In this document: positions 56,905-64,000 of the stretch, piece by piece
Numbering within the stretch: position 1 is the first letter of the stretch
Layout of the letters: each line of letters starts with the position of its first letter
Source of the DNA: Candidatus Atribacteria bacterium UBA6251
GTDB taxonomy: Bacteria > Atribacterota > Phoenicimicrobiia > Phoenicimicrobiales > Phoenicimicrobiaceae
Assembly (NCBI GenBank): GCA_002441285.1
Contig: DJVR01000007.1
Location: 45,118 to 109,117, forward strand
Length of the DNA stretch: 64,000 bases
Reading direction: 5' to 3'
Program-made: the position numbers and the translations under genes
The notes under the pieces: model-generated
What the model saw: the letters and a program-made list of their open reading frames with translations, nothing else
Told to the model about the DNA's origin: nothing
Database searches by the model: none

Positions 56905-57804
56905 GTGAAAAAATATCAAAAAAAGGTTTCTCCTCAAAAATACAAAGTTTATTTAGGATATTTGGAAGGGATAATCTCCATTGTAGCAAATACTTTGCTG
57001 TTTGGATTAAAATATTGGGTCGGAATGAAAACCTTTTCCGTTGCCATTATTGCTGATTCCTGGCACACCCTTTCCGATTCCTTAACTTCACTAGTAGTTA
57101 TCCTTGGCTTTAAGCTTTCTGCTAAACCAGCTGATAAAGAACATCCTTATGGGCATGGACAGGCAGAGATTGTTAGTTCAGTAATTATAGGTACTTTATT
57201 AGCTGTGGTGGGAGTTAAATTTTTAGCTGATTCAATAGAAAAATTTATTCTTCATCAACCTGCAATTTTTGGAAATTTGGCTATTTTAATTTTTGTAGTT
57301 TCAGTCATATTGAAAGAGGGAATGGCACAATTTTCTATTCAGGCAGGCAAGAAGATAAATTCACGTTCCCTCATAGCAGATGGCTGGCATCATCGGAGTG
57401 ATGCCCTGGTATCATTAATTATTTTAGTAGGAATTTTTATGGGTAAGTATTTTTGGTGGATAGATAGTATTCTGGGTATAATGGTTTCTTTGGTGATTTT
57501 TTATACTACCTTTGTTATTTTAAAAGAATCTATTAGTATTTTAATTGGTGAAGAGCCAACTGAGGAGTTTAAGGAAGAGATTAGAAGGATTGTTGCAGGG
57601 AATGTTCCTCAGAATGTAAAATTACACCATCTTCATCTTCACAAATATGGTGATAATCAGGAATTAACTTTTCATATCAGGTTACCAGCAGAATCTAGAT
57701 TAGATGAGGCTCATAAAATTGCGGAAAGATTAGAAAAAAAGATTAAAGAAGAAAAGAATATTGAAACTACTATCCATATCGAACCACTTAAAGTTAAAAA
57801 ATAG
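56905..57804 (+). CDS. Cation diffusion facilitator (CDF) family metal efflux transporter
   Basis: Six TM helices with DSWHTLSD and DGWHHRSD metal-site motifs, plus a cytoplasmic C-terminal domain. GTG start. Confidence 0.85.
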   Translation: MKKYQKKVSPQKYKVYLGYLEGIISIVANTLLFGLKYWVGMKTFSVAIIADSWHTLSDSLTSLVVILGFKLSAKPADKEHPYGHGQAEIVSSVIIGTLLAVVGVKFLADSIEKFILHQPAIFGNLAILIFVVSVILKEGMAQFSIQAGKKINSRSLIADGWHHRSDALVSLIILVGIFMGKYFWWIDSILGIMVSLVIFYTTFVILKESISILIGEEPTEEFKEEIRRIVAGNVPQNVKLHHLHLHKYGDNQELTFHIRLPAESRLDEAHKIAERLEKKIKEEKNIETTIHIEPLKVKK

Positions 57805-57996
57805 ACTAATACAATTCTGGGGGGAAAAGAAGCAATCTTAAAAATAAGCTTAAGGGTAATTTTGATGAATAAATCAAATAATAAATATTAACTTAAATTT
57901 ATAAGTTTTGGTAGATTTATTATTTACAATTTATTAATTTTAGTAGAGAAAAATCGAGGTGATAAAAAATAGGAATCTTTTTATAAGGAGATTTTT

Positions 57997-58707
57997 ATGA
58001 ATAAGATTACAAATAAATCGAAAAAGATAATTGAACAGGGGGGAAAGGTATCAGGAGAGACACCAGGGAAAATATTGAATTTAGAGCAAAAATTGAATAA
58101 AAGTTATAACCTGCAAAAGAAAATTATTACAGAAATGGCTATGCTGATTTCCAAGTTAATAGAATTTAAAGATCCTTATTCTATTGGTTATCAACAAAAA
58201 GTAGCCAGACTTGTGGTGGCTATTGCTCGCATAATGAAACTACCTCAAATTAAAATTGATGGACTTAAAGTTGCTGCCTTCATTCATGATATTGGGAAAA
58301 TTAGTTTACCCTCAGAAATTATTGTAAAGCCAGAACAGCTAATAGATGCTGAACTAAATTTAGTTAAAAATTATCCCAAAATAGGATATGATGTTTTAAA
58401 GAAAATGAGATTTCCTTGGCCAGTGGCAGAGATTGTTTATCAACACCAGGAAAGATTAAATGGGTCAGGTTACCCGAGAGGTTTGAGGAGTAAAGAAATT
58501 TTAATAGAAGCAAAAATTTTAGCAGTAGCTAAGGTGATTGTAGCAATGACTTCGATTAAATCTTATCGATCTGCTTTTTCCATTGAAAAAGCGTTGGAAG
58601 AGATATCCAAAAATAGAAATACCTTATTCGATGGGGAAGTAGTAGATGCCTGCCTTAATCTTTTTCGTCAAAAAAAATTTAATGCTAAGATTAAAAAAGA
58701 CCTATAA
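57997..58707 (+). CDS. Stand-alone HD-GYP domain protein with several substituted metal-ligand positions
   Basis: HDIGK and GSGYP are retained. Relative to the paralogue at 30627: GHQRKV becomes GYQQKV, DHPRLG becomes NYPKIG, HHER becomes HQER, and ADVVEAM becomes AKVIVAM. Confidence 0.8.
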   Translation: MNKITNKSKKIIEQGGKVSGETPGKILNLEQKLNKSYNLQKKIITEMAMLISKLIEFKDPYSIGYQQKVARLVVAIARIMKLPQIKIDGLKVAAFIHDIGKISLPSEIIVKPEQLIDAELNLVKNYPKIGYDVLKKMRFPWPVAEIVYQHQERLNGSGYPRGLRSKEILIEAKILAVAKVIVAMTSIKSYRSAFSIEKALEEISKNRNTLFDGEVVDACLNLFRQKKFNAKIKKDL

Positions 58708-58833
58708 AAAAAATAAGTAAATATTTTGGAAATAGCATTAAAGTTACTAAATTTAATGGACGATTATTTATCACACCAGTGAAGAAAAAATCATATCTAT
58801 AAGTGGAGAAAATGTTAATCAGGTAAAATATAA

Positions 58834-61167
58834 ATGGGTAAGATTGTGAATGAAATAAAAATAAATTTAAAGATTATTTTAATAATTTTACTAATAGCCT
58901 TAATAATAAATTTATGGATGACCTACGAAATTTTTGCCAGTAATGATGAATTAACAGAAATAGAATCTAAACAGTTAAAAATACTTTACTTATCTAAACT
59001 TTTAGAAGAACACCCAAATTCTTCAGTAGAGATCAAGACGAACCTGGATATTTTTCAAAAAGGATTAGAGTTTTATCAACAAGGTGATTTTCAGCAGGCC
59101 ATTCTATCCCTTTCTACTATCCCATATACTACCCTTAATATACCACTTTACATTAAAAGTCAGTTTTTATTAGGAGAAGGATATAAAAAAGTTGGTGATT
59201 TTAATAAAGCAGTTAATATATATCAGAATTTAGCAGAAAAAGATCCTCTTTTGACCGATTATTCTCTTTTTTATCTGGCAGATACATTCCATTTAAAGGG
59301 AGATATTTCTCAAGCCATAGAAATTTATAGGAAGATAATTATAGATTATCCCCAAAGTATAATTCTTCCACAGGTTAACTATCAGATTGCTTCTCTCTAT
59401 CTTGAGCTAAAAGAGCTTGATTCTGCCTTAGTTTACTTTAAAAATTCATTAGAAATTTCGAAAGATGGTAATTTTAAGGCTATGGTTTTACTTGAACTTT
59501 CTCGACTGTATTGGCAGGAAAAGAATTTTTTAGCTGCTTTAGATTGCCTTTATGCAATTTTGGAGGAAGGTTATTCCTGGCCAAGAGGTTCAGAACCGGA
59601 AGAGCTATTAGTTAGATATTTTTTCGAACTGCAAGAAAATAAAGAAGAAATTAAGCTCCCTTATCCCATAATGGTAAAATGTGCAGATATATTATTTAAG
59701 TATCGAAGGTATAGACAAGCAGAAGATTTATACACCAAAATTATTGAAACTTTCCCTCAAGCAACTGATTTAGGAGAAATTTATTATAAATGGGCTAGAA
59801 GTTTATACTTTCAAAAAGAATATGAAGCAACTTTAAATCTATGTGAGGATATTATAAGGCTATTTTCAACTAATCGGGAATTGAGAATTAAAGCAGATTA
59901 TTTTGGGGCAAATTCCTTGCTTGCTTTAGGTGAAAGGGATGAGGCTATAAAAAGATATCAAAAAATTATTGATGGATACAAAGAAGGTTATTATGTTCGC
60001 CAGGCTTATCTGAGATTAGCAGAGACATATTTTAGATCTGATGAAAGAACGAGAGGAATTTCTTTGTGGAAGGAACTAATAGAAAAATATCCACACACCG
60101 ATGAAGCAGCTTTTTCTTTATGGAGCTTAGCTCGTCTTTATATTCAAGAAGAGAAAGATACTGAAGCATTGGTTTATTTTCAGAAATTATCTGAAGATTA
60201 TGATAATACTCAATGGGGAGATGATGCTCTTTTCTGGACAGGTAAAATCTTAAAGGAGATAGGTTCAAAAGAGGAGGCAAAGGTGATTTTTGAGAGGTTA
60301 ATTCAAAAATATCCTTTAAGTTATTACGCCGAAAGAGCTATCCAACTAGAAGATAACCTTAATTTCCCCTGGTTTTTTTCGATACCTCTGAAAGAAAATT
60401 TTATAAATTTAGAGGATTTTTTACAGAAATATGGTAACATAAAAGAAAAAACCAGATTATCTTTACTGAAAGCAGAAATATTTGAAGAGATTGGTTTTTA
60501 CAGAGAATCTATCCTTGAGTTGCGGGAAGCACTAAATCATGATGCGGGCAATCTTTCCTTATTATTTAGATTAAGTGAGGCTTATAAAAAAAATCAAGAT
60601 TATTATACCTCTTTAAGTTTTACCGAGATTGTTTTTAAATATGCGATAAATAACCAACTTTTAAATGAAATGCCTTTAGAACTATGGAGAAATCTATATC
60701 CTGTCTATTTTGAAGAATTAATTGCCAAATATGCATTACAGTATCAAGTTGACCCCTTACTTGTATTAGCAATGATTAGAGAGGAAAGTAGATTTAACTC
60801 CTGGAATGAATCAGTAGCTGGAGCAAGAGGGTTAATGCAGATTATATTTTCGACTGGAGAGTGGATTGCACAAAAGTTAGGATGGGAAGACTTTTCAGAT
60901 GAAATGTTGTTTTCCCCTGAAATAAATATTAATCTGGGATGTTGGTATGTTAAGTATCTACAGGAAAGATTTCAAAATAATCTAATTTTAATTATTTCTG
61001 GATATAATGCAGGTCCTGGAATAACTAGTAGATGGCTTGATAAATATACCTGGCCCGATGAGGATAGTTTTATCGAAGAAATTCCTTATTCTGAAACCAG
61101 AGAACATGTAAAAAAAGTAATGAAATCCTACCTAATGTATCAGAGACTAAAAATTGTGTCTGATTAA
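58834..61167 (+). CDS. TPR-rich soluble lytic transglycosylase (Slt70-like)
   Basis: N-terminal TM/signal segment and a long TPR/superhelical region. The C-terminal SLT domain has the catalytic Glu in AMIREESRFN, followed by GLMQI and GYNAGPG. Confidence 0.85.
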   Translation: MGKIVNEIKINLKIILIILLIALIINLWMTYEIFASNDELTEIESKQLKILYLSKLLEEHPNSSVEIKTNLDIFQKGLEFYQQGDFQQAILSLSTIPYTTLNIPLYIKSQFLLGEGYKKVGDFNKAVNIYQNLAEKDPLLTDYSLFYLADTFHLKGDISQAIEIYRKIIIDYPQSIILPQVNYQIASLYLELKELDSALVYFKNSLEISKDGNFKAMVLLELSRLYWQEKNFLAALDCLYAILEEGYSWPRGSEPEELLVRYFFELQENKEEIKLPYPIMVKCADILFKYRRYRQAEDLYTKIIETFPQATDLGEIYYKWARSLYFQKEYEATLNLCEDIIRLFSTNRELRIKADYFGANSLLALGERDEAIKRYQKIIDGYKEGYYVRQAYLRLAETYFRSDERTRGISLWKELIEKYPHTDEAAFSLWSLARLYIQEEKDTEALVYFQKLSEDYDNTQWGDDALFWTGKILKEIGSKEEAKVIFERLIQKYPLSYYAERAIQLEDNLNFPWFFSIPLKENFINLEDFLQKYGNIKEKTRLSLLKAEIFEEIGFYRESILELREALNHDAGNLSLLFRLSEAYKKNQDYYTSLSFTEIVFKYAINNQLLNEMPLELWRNLYPVYFEELIAKYALQYQVDPLLVLAMIREESRFNSWNESVAGARGLMQIIFSTGEWIAQKLGWEDFSDEMLFSPEININLGCWYVKYLQERFQNNLILIISGYNAGPGITSRWLDKYTWPDEDSFIEEIPYSETREHVKKVMKSYLMYQRLKIVSD

Positions 61168-61224
61168 AATTTTATATAAATAATCTAAAAGGGAGAAGGT
61201 TTAAATTTATAAACCTATAAAAAG

Positions 61225-61545
61225 ATGACTACCAAATTAAAAACATTCCTTTTTTGTTTACACTGTAATCAGGAAACAGAGCACACTATTATTTATAAAG
61301 GTGAATATTTAGAATATATAAAGTGTAATATTTGCCAAAATGAGATAAAAATAAGTCGTGAAAAGCTCGTAGAAATTTATACTGCTGATTTCATAGATCG
61401 AGTACTAACTAAACCCCATCGTCTTACCGAGGAAATTAAAAGAGATTTATCAGGATTTTTAAAATCCATTCCTATTAGAATCTTAACTAAACCTTATCGG
61501 CTGGCTAAAGAATTAGGCGACATCTTGCACCAAGAAAAAAAATAG
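61225..61545 (+). CDS. Small zinc-ribbon hypothetical protein
   Basis: CLHC...(19 aa)...CNIC forms two CxxC knuckles. There are no other motifs. Confidence 0.5.
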   Translation: MTTKLKTFLFCLHCNQETEHTIIYKGEYLEYIKCNICQNEIKISREKLVEIYTADFIDRVLTKPHRLTEEIKRDLSGFLKSIPIRILTKPYRLAKELGDILHQEKK

Positions 61546-61776
61546 TGCCTAAAGAATAAAATTAATTGAATATATTAAAGGATAAAGAAAAGTAATATTT
61601 TATTTATAGGTAAAATAAAAATAAAGTAGTGTAAAATTTTAATCGGGATTTTGAAGAAAAGATTAGCTGGGAGATAAATAAAAAGGGTAGACTTATAAAG
61701 GAATTGACAAAGTGATTAAAACCTAATAATATATTAATAATAGATAAATATTATAATTAAATCAAGGAGTAAGACC

Positions 61777-61926
61777 ATGGAGGACTATTTAACTGCTAAA
61801 CAAGTGGCTAAGTATTTGCAGGTAAAACCTCTAACTGTTTATCAATGGGCTAGAAAAAATAGAATTCCTGCTATCAAAATAGGTAGAATCTGGCGATTTA
61901 AAAAAGAGGATATTGATAATTTTTTG
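61777..61926 (+). CDS. Small helix-turn-helix DNA-binding protein (excisionase/MerR-like HTH_17 type), absent from the ORF track
   Basis: AAGGAG lies 6 nt upstream of the ATG. Translation: MEDYLTAKQVAKYLQVKPLTVYQWARKNRIPAIKIGRIWRFKKEDIDNF. The LT..EVA..L.VS..TVY.W...G.IPA.KIG..WRF....I pattern is typical of this HTH family. Confidence 0.6.
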
Positions 61927-62193
61927 AAGAAAGATAGTGAAAAAGTATAATCTTACCTGTCCTCGGATTTTTGACTTTAAAGCTATTCATTTTTCAAATC
62001 TGGATCAAAAAAAAAGAATAAGTCCAAGATATCAAACTAATTCTTTTTATAGTATTCTTAAACAATTATCTAGAGAGATAGATTTTTTAGAAGTTATTTT
62101 AGTTTAATCTCGATTAATCCTTAAATTACTATTCGAAATAGATTTAAAAATCCAATATCTAATACCTAATCTAATTAAGGAGTATTGCATTAA

Positions 62194-63639
62194 ATGAGTA
62201 GTAGAAGGGAATCTTCTAGTTATAAGGAAAAACTTCTTCTATTAATGATATTTTTCTTATTCTTTACCTTTTATTCCATTTCTTTTGGAGATAATGAATT
62301 TTTTACTTATCAAGTTAAAAAAGGTGATACCTTATGGGATATTGCCCATCTCTATAATGTTTCTATGCAAGAAATTTTTCGATTAAATAATCTGGAAGAA
62401 AGAAGTATTTTATCTATAGGACAAATAATTAAAATACCAAATTATACTTTACCACCCCCTTCCACTAATCAGGACTATCTTATACATACGGTAAAAAGGG
62501 GTGAAACTCTTTGGAACATTGCTCAACAGTATCATCAAAAGGTAGATACCTTAGTCCTCTTAAACAATTTAACCAATTCCGATTCAATTTCAATAGGGCA
62601 ACAATTAAAAATACCTCCTTCCTCATCTTTAATGGCTAGAGAAGAACAGAAGAAAGATAAGAATATTTCAGAAGTTAAGACTACCCAATCAGAAGAAAAT
62701 TTTTCTCCCATTGTTTATATTGTAAAACCTGGAGATAGTTTATGGAGCATCAGTCAAAAATATGGAGTGTCCACTAAACTAATAGCTGAAATAAATAATA
62801 TCAAACAACAAAATATTTTAAGAGTAGGTCAGAGTTTAGAAATTCCTGCCATTGGAGGAGGAATAGAATTTAGCGAAAAAAATCAAGAACCTACAATTAT
62901 TGACTATACCGTTGTAAAAGGGGACACCTTATGGAGTATTTCCAAAAAATTTGATGTCAAGATGAATTTAATAATTTCGACCAATAACTTGACCGAGATA
63001 TCTCGTTTATCTATAGGTCAGGTTTTGAAAATACCGATTAGCAATCTAGACATTTCCCAGGCTGAAGGTTATGACCTGAAATCAAAAACAGAAGATGTAA
63101 TTTATTATGTGAAAAAAGGTGATAGTCTTTGGAGTATTGCCCGAGACTATAATGTAAAATTAGATGCTATTATTTCTGCTAACCATCTTTTAGATGCTTC
63201 AAAAATTTCAGTGGGTCAGAGGTTGTTAATTCCTCAAACCTCAGAAGCTCGTAATAAAATAATTAATTTTATTTGGCCTGTTCAGGGAAGAATTACTTCG
63301 AATTATGGAATAAGGACATTTAATGGAAGGCAAGAATTTCATTCGGGAATTGATATTGGAGCTCCATCAGGTACTAACATTTTAGCTGCAGAAAGTGGAA
63401 CAGTGGCTTTTTCTGGATATATGCGCGGTTATGGGAATGTGATAATTCTGAGTCATGAAAATGGTTATTCTACAGTATATGCTCATAACTCGGTTAATTT
63501 AGTAAAAAAAGGTCAATATGTTACAAAGGGTAGCATTATTGCCAAAGTAGGTATGACTGGCAATGCTACTGGCCCCCATCTCCATTTTGAAATTCGATCC
63601 AGTGGTAAACCTATTAATCCTTTATCTTATTTAAGATAG
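62194..63639 (+). CDS. Cell-wall endopeptidase: five LysM repeats plus M23 (LytM-type) peptidase domain
   Basis: Five copies of Y.VKKGDTLW.IA..Y.V....L...N.L.....I..GQ.L.IP. C-terminal HSGIDIGAP...(HxxxD) and PHLHFEIR (HxH). Confidence 0.9.
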   Translation: MSSRRESSSYKEKLLLLMIFFLFFTFYSISFGDNEFFTYQVKKGDTLWDIAHLYNVSMQEIFRLNNLEERSILSIGQIIKIPNYTLPPPSTNQDYLIHTVKRGETLWNIAQQYHQKVDTLVLLNNLTNSDSISIGQQLKIPPSSSLMAREEQKKDKNISEVKTTQSEENFSPIVYIVKPGDSLWSISQKYGVSTKLIAEINNIKQQNILRVGQSLEIPAIGGGIEFSEKNQEPTIIDYTVVKGDTLWSISKKFDVKMNLIISTNNLTEISRLSIGQVLKIPISNLDISQAEGYDLKSKTEDVIYYVKKGDSLWSIARDYNVKLDAIISANHLLDASKISVGQRLLIPQTSEARNKIINFIWPVQGRITSNYGIRTFNGRQEFHSGIDIGAPSGTNILAAESGTVAFSGYMRGYGNVIILSHENGYSTVYAHNSVNLVKKGQYVTKGSIIAKVGMTGNATGPHLHFEIRSSGKPINPLSYLR

Positions 63640-63811
63640 GGAAACTTACTACCTGAGTAAATTTCTTGACTATTTCTAGTTTTAGATTAGAATTATATTA
63701 ACATAAATAATTTAAAAATATAATTAAAAGAAGAAAGGAGGTTTTTCTATTAATTAAATTAAAAAAACAAACAAATATATTATTGATTAATTTTTGAAAG
63801 GAGTTTAAGAA

Positions 63812-64000
63812 ATGAAAAAAAAATTTATATCAGTTTTGTTGTTAAGTATGTTATTTATTTTCAGTTTAGTGATGGGTAGTTCTGCTAGTGGTACCTTAGT
63901 ATTTGGAAACAGTGGAGATGCTGCCCGTCTGGATCCTGCTGATGTAACTGATGGTGAATCTATTTCCAGAATGGATAATATTTTTGAAGGCCTGGTGGAA
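63812..64000 (+). CDS. ABC transporter substrate-binding protein, family 5 (peptide/nickel type), 3' partial
   Basis: AAAGGAG upstream and a signal peptide (FISVLLLSMLFIFSLVMGSSASG). TLVFGNSGDAARLDPADVTDGESISRMDNIFEGLVE is the typical N-terminus of SBP_bac_5 proteins. It runs off the window. Confidence 0.7.
   Translation, partial: MKKKFISVLLLSMLFIFSLVMGSSASGTLVFGNSGDAARLDPADVTDGESISRMDNIFEGLVE

Noticed and set aside
1-64000. Looked for CRISPR arrays, tRNA/rRNA genes and long (over 100 bp) exact repeats
   Set aside because: Reading by eye, I saw no regularly spaced direct repeats, no cloverleaf-like GC-rich 70-90 nt segments and no rRNA-like conserved blocks. The only long similarities are the diverged paralogous PAS-GGDEF and HD-GYP modules. 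A computational scan (tRNAscan-SE, Infernal, a CRISPR finder) would be needed for certainty.

Overview
AT-rich chromosomal segment: hand-counted 60-nt lines give about 25-35% GC, with local islands at 42-53%. It probably comes from an uncultured diderm anaerobe, since a TamB-like gene is present. I support about 50 protein-coding genes. They include a run of secreted proteins of unknown function (2-9376), a Memo-like/CapA fusion with a membrane spermidine-synthase-like protein, a patatin lipase, and a PF04392-type ABC importer. There is also a TamB-like protein, a histidine kinase with two response regulators, and several c-di-GMP genes (2 GGDEF proteins, 2 intact HD-GYP open reading frames, 1 decayed HD-GYP). 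Central-metabolism genes include cysK, pyk, an ADH and galT. Cell-wall enzymes include an Slt-like transglycosylase and a LysM-M23 peptidase. I saw no rRNA, tRNA or CRISPR array. The window holds at least seven decayed genes. An accessory patch at about 19.3-23.2 kb contains a degenerate IS3-family element, a response-regulator remnant and a dead diversity-generating retroelement (DGR). Two observations stand out. (1) An unannotated 29-codon leader ORF with eight consecutive Tyr codons has a tail that can pair with the 5' arm of a strong intrinsic terminator. This lies just upstream of the putative Trp/Tyr ABC importer and looks like a tyrosine-specific, ribosome-mediated attenuator. (2) The DGR target gene ends in a template-like, Asn/AAC-rich repeat with the RT gene starting 25 nt later and no separate template repeat. 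This is consistent with a VR/TR recombinational collapse. All domain calls rest on motifs read by eye and no database search was run.
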